This document shows, piece by piece, positions 11,890 through 24,602 of a DNA stretch of 64,000 nucleotides. The notes below the pieces were generated by a model. The model worked only from the letters and a program-made list of their open reading frames with translations. It did no database searches and had not been told where the DNA came from. The DNA is taken from assembly GCA_046563655.1 (NCBI GenBank), contig CM102288.1:2046001-2110000 (forward strand), read 5' to 3'. Each line of letters begins with the position of its first letter. Position 1 is the first letter of the stretch. The position numbers and the translations under genes are program-made. Origin of the DNA: Yuukianura sp. NJ FZ-2021 (taxonomy: Eukaryota).

Positions 11890-12627
11890 AACAAAGATTA
11901 AAGTTCAGCAGCGTCAGCGTCTTCTTCTCCAAAAGTGCCACTAAGCTCTGGCTTTAGCCGAAGCTCAACGACAACTGAAAGAGTGACGCTAAAATTTCAG
12001 AGTTATTAACATAACATCATTGCATAGCTCTGTTTCACTCCTGACTCTAACTACAAACGTCATTAACTTAACTGTCCACTAAAACCGTGGAGCGTTAAGT
12101 ATTTTCTAAAAACAAAACTGTTGAGTCAGCACTATTTTTTAGGAAACTCGACTAATGTTTAATCTTAACGAGAACATGAATCACTTAAACCACAAATCAA
12201 TCATAATCATGTCGTGATGATTGATAGTCATTTTCTTGATTCAAGAATTATTGAAAAAACAAAGTTGAACAGTATTTAAGTTAGTTTAATTGAAATACAG
12301 TATAAATTTTGGTAACGACCGAACGATAAGGTATAACAATTTGAAGAAGTTATAATATAAGCAATGATTGTTGTAATTAGTTTTAGTTAGATCAATTAGC
12401 TTTCAAAGTAACTAACGTACATCGTTTCTTCTAAACTTTTAAGCAATATGAAAAAGAAAAATGCCATCTACTTACTAACTGGACGGGCAATATTTTGTGT
12501 CGTGATGAAGAGACTTCAGTTTCGCTAAAAATAGTTCAGTCTCTCTCTAATTTCTTTGTTGCTATTGCTGGATCGAAGTGTATTTTAAGTTAACTTGCGT
12601 GTTAAGGCAAAGCGAAATTAGGAATTT

Positions 12628-14134
12628 TCAAGGAGCTGGTGTGATGGCGTCGTAGCTTTCGGATGCAGAAGTGCTGCCTCCCGGAAGTAGAGCATCGGTT
12701 TCTACTGCTCCAGCAGTTGCAGTTCCTGGTGATGCTAATGGCACCCCATAAACTTTGAAAAAGAAGAAGAAAACAATTTAAAAAAGTGCTACAAAAAAAA
12801 ACTACTAAAATCACTAGGCTAACCTTTGGCTTTCAGACCCTTGCCATAATTGTGGGCCACAAGGACAGTCATGGCCAAAACTGTAAAATGAGCCAGGAGC
12901 AGCGACATTGAAGAAATGTATACTGCCACACCCAGCACAGAGTATTTGTTGTCGTATTCAATCACATCAATTGCCTGAAATGAAAAATTAAGAGTTAACA
13001 ATAACAAAACTTAGAGTTTAGCAATTAAATTCAATACCTGACTGAAAAGAAAGACGACGTAAGCAGGTTGTACAAGCGACGAGATTCCGAAAAGCCATGT
13101 CAGTCGCATGTTCTCATTTCGCATCTGAAAAGGAAAACGAAGCAAAATGTTAAGTTACTGTTTGTTCACAGAAAAAGCGAAAAGATTAAACTACCTAAAC
13201 TTACCGCCATGTAACCAATTGACACCCATACAAAAGTGTACATGACACCAAAGACGATCATGGCTATCTCATTAGGAGTGACATTGGACAAGCCTTGTTG
13301 AAGTGTCAACACAAGACAGCTCAGCTGTGCCTGGACATCAAAAGTAAGTAGACTGTAGGTAAAGAACAGTTGACGACAAAATCGCTGAAACTTGATTTCT
13401 CCTCCGACAGTCTTGAAGATCAATCTTCCAGACTCCCAGTATGCCCACCCTACTATCGCAGCCAGTATAATGTTCGGAACAGTCAGGAATGACGAAACTG
13501 CCATCCGAATCTGCAACATAAACATAACAAAGTAAAACATTTAGCACTTAGAGATCAACTGTGAGGTCAAACCTTACCAGCTTCATTTTCAGCGCCAAAC
13601 CAGAGAAGTAATTGGCAATGATGAGTAGCCACACGAGAAAAACGGTGAGTATGAGAGTGGCCATTTCAAACGGCTGTTCTTGAAAAATTCCATGAAAAAT
13701 GTAGAAACTCGCAAAACCTAAAAGAGCGAATTTATGAAAAAAAGTTTTTCTATAATTTTGGAAATCTTTGGAAGTTAAGAGTACAAACTTACAAAGATTC
13801 AGTAGGATGAGAATTGAAAAAACGATGTCAGGGTCATCCCACGAAAGCGTAGCGAATCTATAAATACTTGCTCCCACTCCACTTAAAATTGACAGCATCG
13901 ATATCACAATAGTTATCCATTCGACTAATGATACACTCCGACAAGTTCTAACCTAAAAATCAAAGATAAAATCACAACTTTAGACAAACTTCAAAAATTA
14001 ATGTAGATATTGGTTAAGTTAATGAATCGCAATTAATTTTGACTTACTCTACCGATTGCACTTGGCCTGGAGGAAGGAACAACCCGGATTTCACTTGATT
14101 CTTCAATATCACCATCGCCAAGCCTTTGAACCAT
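12628..14134 (-). CDS. Multi-pass membrane protein, UPF0658-like family
   Basis: Several hydrophobic segments across ~7 exons. IFKTVGG...LLTFD, RNEN...LF and the C-terminal NYGKGLK resemble the recalled UPF0658 family pattern (YKxIGAD...LLKFD...REN...NFGKGLK). Confidence 0.6.
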
Positions 14135-14528
14135 TTTCAAAAATTTCAAAAGTTAACCACGTACGCTTGCTGTAGAAACGTTCAGATTCCTTTACTTTCT
14201 TGACTTCGGACGCATTTTTCGAATTAAAGTTCAAAAACACTAGAAAAATTTCAGAATGACTAATCCAGGAAGAAATAGCTCTTTGAATTCCGTGATAAAC
14301 ATCAACAGAGATTTGCTTGAAATGCAAATTGTGACAAAGTCCCGCCTCCAACACTAGCCACATCCTACTTTTCTCTTATGAATCAAGCGAGAGGCGAGAA
14401 CTCTGCGTGCAAGAACATTCAACTAAACTAGTAATTTAAAAAAATTGTAAACTGATTGAAAATTTTGGTTGCATAGTGAATAGCGTTAGTTTTTTACTAA
14501 TAGATTTGACTCACTTTAGAAATTTTGG

Positions 14529-17500
14529 TTAGAATTGTGTTTTGTCACTTTCACTTTTGACCACTTCGATTTTCCTGGATGGTACAGACTCCTTGCCATA
14601 TCTCCGTTTAGCTTCTTGGTAAAACGCACCAGCCATGGCTTTCACCACTTCACTGAAGAAAACGTTAGCAATGTTCGCATGAAAGGCGGAAATGAATTCG
14701 AGTGAAACGTAAAAGTCAACGAGGCAAGAACCTGGAACGGCTTTGAGTCCTGGAGAAAATTGCCACTTTGTTAGCATCTGCTTGAAATGGGCTCCTTTGT
14801 TGGATTCAGCGATGATTAGAGTCGGATTACGAAGGAAGACACGAGAAGTATACGATTCTGTCACTGGCTTCATGCCGATTACTAAATCAGCTTCCATATA
14901 GGACAAACTTCGTTGAGTAACCACCGACGATTCACACCAAGGCAGAAATTTTGAGTAATTTTCGACGTCCGATACGACAAGAAACATTTGCTCTCGAGAA
15001 TACCTGTTTTATTACAGTTAAAACGTTGTAATTAAAGTGAGAATCCAAATGCAAAAGCATGAGTAATCACAGGGGCCAGTCAAAGAAGTGCCTCTAGAAA
15101 ATTTTGATTTTTAGAAAATCGTGTTACCAAGCCAATTTTTATCAAATTTTAATTTTAATTAAAAGCGTCCGCCCGAAACTACGCTCTCCCAGTAAATTTG
15201 TTCTAGCAAAATCGCAAAAAATCGCGTGAAAAATCGCACATTGGATTATGACTTTAAAAAAATCGCGCGTTGTATTAAAATCGCGTGAAAAATCGTGTGT
15301 TGAATTAAAATCGCGTGAAAAATCGTGTGTGGAACTAAAATTGCTTGAAAAATCGTGTGTTGAATTAAAATCGCATGAAAAATCTCATCTTGAATTAAGT
15401 TGGCGTGAAAAATCGTGTGTTGAATTAAAATCGCGTGAAAAATCGTGTGTTGAATTAATATCGCGTGAAAAATCGTGTGTTGAATTAAAATCGCATGAAA
15501 AATCGCATATTGAATTAAGTTGGTGTGAAAAATCGCACGTCGAGTTAAGATCACGTGAAAAATCCCACGTTTAATTTATTTCAGGTTAAGAATCGGTATT
15601 GTTGGATATGCAGTTTTTTAGCCTTCCATCCGGGTTATATCCCGGTTATATCCGGGATATATTGATAAATCTGGATAAAATCCTGTTTCCAGTGGACGAA
15701 ATTGGGTTGTTTATCCTGGAGGAAGAAACCAATAGTAAAACCCGGTATATCCACCACTTTCGAGTAGAGTGGAAGAAACATTTTATCCATCCATCAACAC
15801 TTAAAACTCGTATCCCGCGATAAAGATTACGTGAGAAATCCTGTTAAAATTTGAACGCCGTACGCAAGCATTCCACATGCGGCGTATCTATAAACTTCAT
15901 AGATGTTTAAAACGTTTCGTATCAAAATGCTGAAATGGGACCGAAACACTTGCTACTTCAGGCTTTGGAGTTTTACCGGCTCGGGTATGTGCCATACATT
16001 TGCACTGGTTTAGAATTTTGAAAATTGGTAAATTTTTCCTAATGAGAATTAGAGATGCCCTGCGATTCAGCGATTCTGGCACCCTCCTGAATCGCCTGCG
16101 CAATGCATCGGGATTCATTGCATTGATCTAATCTAACTCATGCATTTGCTTTCTAAGCGTATCCTTCAGCTGGTTTTACCTCCATTTACCGCGAAAAACT
16201 ACTTTCAACTGCCTGTATTATTTACGAGGACCACCGTTGCCACCGGTGCTCCGGATTTAAAAAATATAAAAACGGAGTTATGCGTATGTTTCTTAACCAA
16301 AATTTATGATCTGCGTATTTCCGTTACAAATGAAACTGAAAACGGTGGAATTATCTGCAAATGTTTAAAGTTTAATGCATCGGCCAAGAGTAGCCCGCAT
16401 CGCGAATCGTTTGTCCCAAGACATGGCGATTCAGGTACGATAAGGAAAAATGGCGGGATCGCCAGCGATACATCGGGGCCTCTCAAATGGAAATATTACC
16501 TGTCTCGGTCACTTTTCGGAATTTCGATCCGAAAAGTCTAAAGCTTCTGAAATGAGAGACCAGCTTACGCTACAATTTAATTTTCACTTCATCCTGACAT
16601 TTTTCACGCCATCGTATTTCAGCGTGCGATTTTTCACCCAGTCTTAATTCAGCATGCGATTTTTCCACGATCTGGATTCAATGCAAAATGTATTAAACAT
16701 ACGAGTTTTAATGCCAAATACGTGAAACGTGCGATTTTTATCATAAAATATATTCTGCGTTCGACTTTTAACACGAAATATATTTAAACGTGCAACCTTG
16801 AACACGAAATAAATTCAAGGTGCGATTTTTACCCCGATCCTACTTCAATCAGATTTTTTTTCGATTTAGTTAGAACTATTTTTCGGGGAGCCTGTAGTTT
16901 TCGGCGGACGCATGGAATTGAAATTTAAATTAATCTAAATCTCGTTTCATTTCTTTTTCTCGCCCGTGAATAAATAAACGTCCGAAGATCCTAATGGTGG
17001 TCCTTTAAAATTTTCAATATTTACGGTATTACGCTTCATAAGAAGTGCGAAGCGTAATCAATGTATGCGCAAAAAATTAATTGTTGCTATCAACAACTGA
17101 AATCTGTAATCAACAAGATCTTAGAGGCACTTCTTTCACTGGCCCCTTCAATTGTAAGAAATCCGTTATCCATACCCCATTATCCTCCTTTCCGCAAATT
17201 CTTTCTTTGTCGATGAAATATGAGCAAACAGAGTGGACGTTTGAGTATACTGGGAAGATGGTGTTCCATTTAGTAACAGCGTTTTTCTCCTTGTCCTTGG
17301 GTAAAGCGAGCTAGCAAACGAAGACTTCTTTAGTCGTTGCTCTAAATTAACGTTAGGAAGTATCGTCCTTTTCTTTATGGAAGTTGGCGTCAGTTTGTTC
17401 ATAATTCCATCGGATGATCCTAGGCAAACACAATGACTGTGTCGGTAGTGGTGGAGGCAACCTCCCAAGTAGTGACCGGTAACTGACGGACTGGGTCTCT

Positions 17501-17585
17501 TGTCCAAGATTTTCGTAGTATCCATGGCTACAGAATACAATTTCTGAATCTGATGACCTCCTTGACCCCATTGTCTGAAACTCAT
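14529..17585 (-). CDS. COQ10: Coenzyme Q-binding protein COQ10 (START-like); start codon uncertain (17585 or 17402)
   Basis: KKEFAERRIMG joins across the large intron (~15004-17175) to YSREQMFLVVSDVENYSKFLPWC...ESYTSRV...WQFSPG...CLVDFYVSLEF...FSEVVKAMAGAF. Confidence 0.9.
15071..17147. mobile_element. Non-autonomous foldback-like DNA element in COQ10 intron
   Basis: 26-bp terminal inverted repeats, 25/26 identical (15071-15096 and 17122-17147). Inner inverted repeat at 15165-15205 and 16871-16911. Mirrored tandem-repeat arms. No coding capacity seen. Confidence 0.8.
15210..15575. repeat. 30-bp tandem repeat (aaaatcgcgtgaaaaatcgtgtgttgaatt), about 11 copies; degenerate inverted counterpart at ~16590-16850
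   Basis: Read directly. It produces the spurious periodic ORFs 15246-15554 and 15248-15574. Confidence 0.95.
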
Positions 17586-18305
17586 ACTCCGAAAAAAGTA
17601 CGTCCTTGTCAACCTGATAAATAAAGAAAACTGATCAATTCGAAAATTCGATCAGTAATTTCTCCACAACAAACGTTCTTTGATAATGCTCAGTAGTCAG
17701 TACTTACCATAAATTTTGCGAGTCCTGACGACACTAACGGTGGGTCTAATTTTGTGTTTTAATTACGATTAATCTTTAATGAATTAATAAATCACGATGT
17801 TTCACTTTTTAATTTTGAGTGATTCATCTCGATTTTTACAAAATTTCGAAGTCAAATTTTGAATGTTTTTCAAATTTTAATTTTTGTGTTTTTCAAATGC
17901 GTTGGCGCCTTTTGATTCACGTGGTTTAAACCACTTAAAAACTGGAATGGCATTTAATTAAGGAATTTGATAAGATAAAGGAAAAATTTAGTGGTACTTT
18001 CTTGAGGAATTTGTAAACAACAAACATACGGTCAAGGCCGTTGACCCCAAAATTCAGAATCTAAAATCTAAATCCCCATCATTTTCAAACCTCCAAAACG
18101 TTAGAAAATTTGGAATTGGTGATACTGCTTGCTACGGCATCTTTCTGGAAACCTTGAATGAAGTTGGTTATGTATTATGAAAATTAACGTCATTAGCGAT
18201 GCCGAAATTACCGTAATTACTGGAGAGAATTTCTAGTTCTGAAGTAATTCCCTCGCGTACTGGAAATTGCACGTCCAGTTTCAACGGAGAACGACAAGCA
18301 TCAAA

Positions 18306-18603
18306 ATGGAAAGAAGGTGAACTTTTTTTTAAACGTAATTGACTACACAAACAATTAAATTAATAGCGATAAACTTACAGGAATTTCCTGATTCTGATTT
18401 GTACTGCCATCGTTTTGGAAGCTGCAATACCAAGTTGGTCCTTTGTAGTTTCCGGATGTGGTGGCACAGAATGTGAAGCCTTGAGTACACCAGCTAAGTG
18501 TTCAGATGGAGGTCAAGTGAAAAACATCGAACCATGCTCAGGAGGTCGCGGTCACAAGTGGGAATGCTGCCGGACGTTTCTGCCGCTTGCCCATCGAAAG
18601 TGA
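18306..18603 (+). CDS. Small secreted six-cysteine peptide (beta-defensin-like Cys pattern), 2 exons, ~77 aa
   Basis: Removing intron 18317-18380 gives MERRNFLILICTAIVLEAAIPSWS-FVVSGCGGTECEALSTPAKCSDGGQVKNIEPCSGGRGHKWECCRTFLPLAHRK. Hydrophobic signal-like N-terminus; AATAAA ~55 nt after the stop. Confidence 0.65.
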
Positions 18604-18931
18604 AGTGCTAAAAAGTTAGCAGATTCGAATTAACCAAAAATGGAGTTGAGACTTTAATAAATTCTGTTTTTGACTTGGTTCACAATCTGAAAAAGAAAAC
18701 AACATAAAACGAATACACATTTTCTAAAATCATGCAATTTTCACAAAAAGCTTAAAGATTATAGTCTACTTACTGCTTTCGATTTTTCAAAATTATGTTA
18801 AACTTATAAGAGTGATAGATTAGTTACTCGTGGGTGCTGTTGAACGTTATAAAGTCAATTCCCGTTGTTTTAGGTTTGTTGTCTTCATCTCCTTACAGTC
18901 GAGTACAAATTGTAATAAGAGTGATGCATCC

Positions 18932-19841
18932 TCAAGCTTCAGACTCGGTGGGAAGGTTGCCGGTTGACATAATAACGGTCGTATTGAGATTTTCCGGACC
19001 TTGAGACGGTTGTGACGATTTTCCTTCTGGAGTTGTAGACACGGGTGGAGTGGACTGTGCTGGAACCACTCCTTCTTCCATGTTCGGAACAATCAAATTG
19101 TCCCGTGACATCAAATTGTATTTGACCACGAAGGACGTAAATCTCTTGCATAGATGTGACTTCGTTTCAAAGTCATCGAAAAGTTGCTTGTGGTGGAAGA
19201 AGGCATGTGAGAAAATTCGATACACACGACGACACACGGATCCTAATTTTCCCAATGACGATTCCCGGATCGAAACCCTAAAAAAAAACATAGAAACTTT
19301 AATGCCAAACTGGAAGTACAGTTTTCGAATCTTACCGAATTATTCACCTGCTCGGAAAGTATTTGTTACTGTTGAGAAGACAAGCAGCTCCGTCTAAAGT
19401 GTGCCGAGTGTAGTCTATGGCTGGACACTCCTTTGGAGACTTGTGAGCAGCACAAAGAAAAATCCACTGCTCCGTTGCTGTCATTTGGTTGCAAGTATCG
19501 GGGAAGCACTCCATTTGTAGCTTCACTGCCAAACCGTTCAGTTCCATGCAAAACTGACGTAGATGTTCGTACTTCCAGACCTCCTCATCTTGAGTCTCCG
19601 GTGGTGTCAAAATGGCAACAATATTTCCTGGGTCTCTCTTTATTGTCTGCTGTATCCACTGCTGTACTGCCAAAGTACTGTCCATTTCTTCAAAGGGTTC
19701 ATCTGGCCATTTTGAAAAGTCCTAAACAAATAACAGTATATTATTTTAATGTAAGAAATTGAAAAATATCGATTAACATACCGCTGCCTTCGTCCCAGGA
19801 CGATTCCTTCGCAGTGGACCGCGTACGTCTGCCATGATCAT
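18932..19841 (-). CDS. MOB4: MOB kinase activator-like 4 (phocein), 3 exons
   Basis: MIMAD...[83 protein letters not shown]. Confidence 0.97.
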
Positions 19842-20252
19842 GGAGATCTCAAGTTCGCTTTACCAGTAATCGGGATTAATTAACTAATTAACACCAAATT
19901 CCTAATTAGCGAATGACTCACAGTGAGTCACTCACTGTCCAACCAATCCCAAAACAAGAAGAACCAATCAATGAAGGGAAAGAAGTTTTTTTTTAAATAA
20001 AAAAACCCGAAAAGTTGACAGTAGTTTTTTCTCATTCAAAACTCCCGCGGTTTTCTCTTTTCAAGAAATTAGCTCCCTTAGATTAGCGCCGCAATTCCCA
20101 ATAAATTCTCACCCGAAAGGTCAGAGGTCAATGTTTTACAAATCATTTATTTTTCACGCAATTTGCAATTTTTTCAGCTCCCAACATTAACCCTTATGAA
20201 TTTTTATGTTATGTGATTGATTTGTATGTTTTGCTTTGCTTTTTGTTTTACC

Positions 20253-23200
20253 TTAGTCGACCTCAACTGGTTTCCCCTCAGGGACAACTTCATTCTCTTT
20301 GTTGGCATTTCCCGGTTCTGGAAGAATGCTGGACACGGATGGACCGGATGCTGGAGTGGGTTCGTCGGAAGGACCATCAGCTCCAGAGTCAGATTCGAAG
20401 TCACCAAGAAGATTAAAGTCGGAGATCACTTGTGACCGTGGTGTATCAGCATCTTCGGCCAGAATTTCAGCCACTTCCGGCTTCAGTAATTCAGCCACTT
20501 GCGGTTTCGGCATTTCAGCCACTTCTGGTTTCAGCATTTCAGCCACTTCCGGTTTCAGCAATTCAGCCACTTCTGGTTTCAGCATTTCAGCCACTTCCGG
20601 TTTCAGCAATTCAGCCACCTCCGGTTTCACCAATTCCGCGGGCTCTTTCAGCAGTACATCAGCCACAACTACTTCTGGTACCTCGATTGCAGCCGTTTGC
20701 AGTTTCAGCAATTCAGCCACTTCCGGTTCCAACGAAACTTCGCTTTCTGCCACTCTGGAATCTTTGGCCTGCATCTCCAGTTGAGAATCAAATTTCGATT
20801 TGGATTCGCCATCCAGCGGAATTTCAGTCACGAAAGGAATGCTGACGTCTGGGACATTTTCAGATTCTTCAGGAATTTTAGTTTCAGTTGTAATTTCTGA
20901 GGTCGAGGCTTCAGATCCAATGACATCTTGTTTTTCAGCTTCGATTTCCTCTGAAATGCTGCCAACATTTTCAGCTTTTGCGTGTTGCTCATCAATCGTC
21001 TTCAACATGGACAAGATGGTATCAAGTTCCTGAGTTTTGGTCTCCTCTGCTGCAGTTTCATCTGGAAATGATACTTCATACTTTTCATTTTCCGGCGACT
21101 CTTCAACTACAGTATCATCAGTTCTTCCTGAACTCAATTCTTCAAATTTGACCTTTTCTGAAACAGTTTCAGCTTCATTTTCAGAAAAAGAGTCAGAGTC
21201 AAGTGACTCTTGGCTAATTTCAGGCTCGACTTGATTTGTAATCAGTTCAGCACTGACGGCTCCAACGACAACTTCCTGTGCTGGACCAGGAATGAATTGT
21301 CCCGTAATAGCGTCAATGGCATCAGCAGCGTCATCTTCAACACTTTCAATGCTGGCGTCAGATACAGTTGCATTAGTTTCAGCATCATCTTTGGTTTCCT
21401 CTGCTAGGTATTCTGGAAGAGCAGTTTCAACAAATCCAGCGAGTTCCTTTGTCTCTCGAACAATCTCTTCCTCCATCGTTTCTGCCCGCTTTTCAACTTC
21501 AGTCACTTCCTGGATAGATTCCAGTCCAGCTTTCTGGGTCTTCTTGGACAAAACTCCCGGTTTTCCCAGAATGGCTTCATTTGATCCTGTTTCGCCAGTT
21601 CGGCTGATGTACGGCTCAACTTGGTCTTCCTCTGCGTCTGTGTCAATATCAGTTTCAGCTTCACTCGGTTCGGCCGGTTTCGGTTGCAGTCCGGACGGAA
21701 GAGGTACCGGTTTCTGAACCCACTCACGTTTTGAAAAGTCCCAGTAAGTTCGTTTCGAAAGAGGCTGGAGCCTGTGAGCGTACACCGAAATCTAAAGAAT
21801 AGGTCAATTCGTGTAAAATTTCAAAGAGATTTCGAAATTTCAAATTTTTCGAAATGTTTCATTTACCGGTTCGACAACTTCGGGAACAACGACAAGGACT
21901 TTGCCTCTCTTCAGGTCAAGTCCAGTGACAGTTCCGACTTTGTAGCCCTGAGGATGATCCTAAAAAATACAAATTTTGATTTAATAATGAATCAAAATTA
22001 ATTAATTTGTTGAAAATCTAATTTCTAAAAACATGTTTAAAAAAACCTTGAGAAAAACAATGTTGCCACGACTGTAAGTGGACACCATGGTGTGAACTTT
22101 GATGTCATCAACCGACTCCATCACGGAGGCAATCTCAACATCATGCTCATCTGAACTCTGATCCGGTTGAATCCAGCGCACTCTTACGGTATTTGACTCT
22201 GCAACGTTAGCGTTAGCATTAGAACTCGGAGAAACCAACACTGCTCATAAGCAATTGATTTGACTCGTACCTGATTCTTTTCGGGTCAGCACGATTCCAT
22301 ATTTTTTGTCATTGTCCCCCCGGACTGATTCGACCACAACGCCAGTTTCGTACTCCGACGAAGTCTGGGGACAAAGTACCTTCGGAATTTTCGCTGCCAA
22401 GAGATGCTCCGAATGTCCATCCTGTTTTAAAACAACAATTTTAAATATTTCATGCAATTTGTATTACTTTTTAGTGAGTTTGTCAACTTACGTCCCACTC
22501 CACCTCGACTTCGGTTTGACGAAAAATGATTTTGACCGGTACTTGGTAGCCCTAGAAAACCAAGGTCAAAGGTCAAACAGGAAAGTTCAGCTAAAGTTGT
22601 AAAGTTTTTGGATTTTGGATTAAACTGCATTTTTTACATCTTTGAGGACGCTCGTGAGTGTGCTTGGGACAGTGGCCAAGTTAGAGTAGCTTGTGTCCGG
22701 CGTTCCAAAAAACTTGGCCTGGAATCCAGCATACCAATTTCCATGACTCACAATGGCATCCTCTTCCTTGATTCCGAACATGCGCACTGAGTTGAGGCCC
22801 AAAGTTTCGTAGTTTGGCAAACCAAGGCCTCTGATTTTGAGTAAGTTTTCTTTTTGCAGAGTACTCGGAGGCTGGATCTCCGGAGCCTCGGGAATGTTCG
22901 GACACCGTTCCAGCCACATCACGTCCAAGGAAATTGTCTAAGAAACGTCAAAGGTCAACAGGAGTCCATATCAAATTAATGGATTTAATAAATTTTGATT
23001 TTGAAGAAATTTTGAACAAATAATTTTGAATTTTTTTTTTTTGAATTTTGATTTGAGTTACCTCGACTCCGATAGTTTTGGCACTGGAACGTGTGTAGAA
23101 GTAAGAAACTGGTGGAACCCAGCGATGAATGAAGCGCATGAAGGGACCCCGGAAAACAGCTTTCTTCATTGTCGCTGGAGCGTACTTTGTAGGAAGTCCG

Positions 23201-24222
23201 GCACACGGCATTCCCAACCCTGTGAACAAGCGTCATTTTTCAAAATTTCGAAAAAATCAAAGGTTTTTTTAAAAATCTCAAAGTACCCCAATACGGATCC
23301 GGCTTTAGAAATCCATCAGTCTCGTTCGTCTTAAGTTGAAAGTAGGCTCCGCTGTTATCCAAGCGACAGTTCAGCAATCGTCGAACGGTCGTAATGATGC
23401 CAATCCATCCGTCATACAAAATTTCCCGTCCACGGAAGAAGTTCTAAAAATTTGAAACTTCAGTTCAAATATTCCTCACTAATTTTGTCCTATTTAAATA
23501 TTCCAAGTACTTACTGTTACTGGCAAGAGGCGATGGACATTGACGCTGTCAATGACATGCTCAGTACTCAGCACTTGAATCGTCACTTTCTCGCTACTGT
23601 CAACTACTGTTCCACAGAGTCCATCAGCGTTCTTCACCCTTTGACCTTTCATAAGATTCCGATCCACCACAGCAACCTGGAAGCAAAGAAAGTAAAAACT
23701 TTTTTTTTTGAAAATAGTTTTTTGAAAAACCTGATTTTTTTGAAAATTTTAACTTACTTCCTTGCGATCTTCCAGAGATCCAATACGACGAGAATGAGCC
23801 CAGTTGACCCACACTGTACCAGGGATCCCGTCTTCCGGAATGTTGATGTGCTGCCGCGGTGTCTCCACTGGCAGTACTGCCGAAGCCTCCACTGTTGCCA
23901 CGGTGGGACTGGCCGAAGCCTTGCGTGATGCTGCCGTGAAAGTACTTGCCTTTCCTTTCAAGGTTCCCTTTGACTTAGCTCCCACTGTCACTGGGCCTTC
24001 CTTTTCCGCAGTGTCAAAGTACTTTGCCACTTCATTGTGCGGAGACACGACCACTCCGAACCACGGTTTCCATTCGTACGGCTTTTCGGCACGGTAGGCA
24101 ATCAAGTCCCCTGGGAAGATGCGTGGTGGTGAAGAGGAGCCCTTAAGGCCTCCGCCTAGCAGAGTCACAGTTTCAATTGGAATTGGCTGCACAGTTGCTG
24201 GAGCCACTTTGTCTTTCTTCAT
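20253..24222 (-). CDS. UBE2O-like protein: N-terminal SH3-like regions followed by a long acidic tail, no UBC domain
   Basis: Exons VAVVDRNLMKGQRVK...CGTVVD...VTIQVLSTEHVIDSVN, FFRGREILYDGWIGII and LDVMWLERCP...PPSTLQKENLLKIRGLG parallel recalled UBE2O segments (LEDRSV...CGTVID...; FMYGDYIAYDCWLGKV; LKVTW...PPSVITQENLGRVKRLG). The final ~510-aa exon is E/D-rich. Confidence 0.6.
20462..20640 (-). repeat. 24-bp coding tandem repeat encoding KPEVAE(L/M)L, about 7 units
   Basis: Repeated ttcagccacttc(c/t)ggtttcagc units, visible in the ORF translation. Confidence 0.9.
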
Positions 24223-24602
24223 TGTTGTTTGTCTGCTTTTTGGTTCTGATGTGTTGATGATGATTTTTGAAGGTGAGAAGACAGTTCAAGGTCAAGTGAC
24301 ACTTCGCAGTGAATGTGTTTCGATTGAAGTGACCTGCGGTGTCAGACAAGTTTCGCTGAAATGACGAAGTGAGTTCCGCAACATCGACAATCAAAAAATA
24401 CTTTCAAGAAAACACGATTTATGACTCGTTGCCATGGAAATATTTCCAAAAATTCCGATTTTTTTTTTTATTTTTTGTAGTTATAGTTTTTCTGCTTCTT
24501 TCTCTGATAATGAGATTTCCCAACAGAAGTCTATTTTTCTAGAATTGGTCTAAACTAATAAACTAAATTTTTAGCTTTTCAAAATTTTGAATCTTGTTAG
24601 TA

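Noticed and set aside
15210..15575. CRISPR-like array or repeat protein (ORFs 15246-15554, 15248-15574)
   Set aside because: Head-to-tail 30-bp repeats with no unique spacers, no cas genes and a eukaryotic intron context. The ORFs are by-products of the repeat.
20299..21717. Several Ser-rich plus-strand ORFs
   Set aside because: Antisense shadows of the acidic, repetitive exon.
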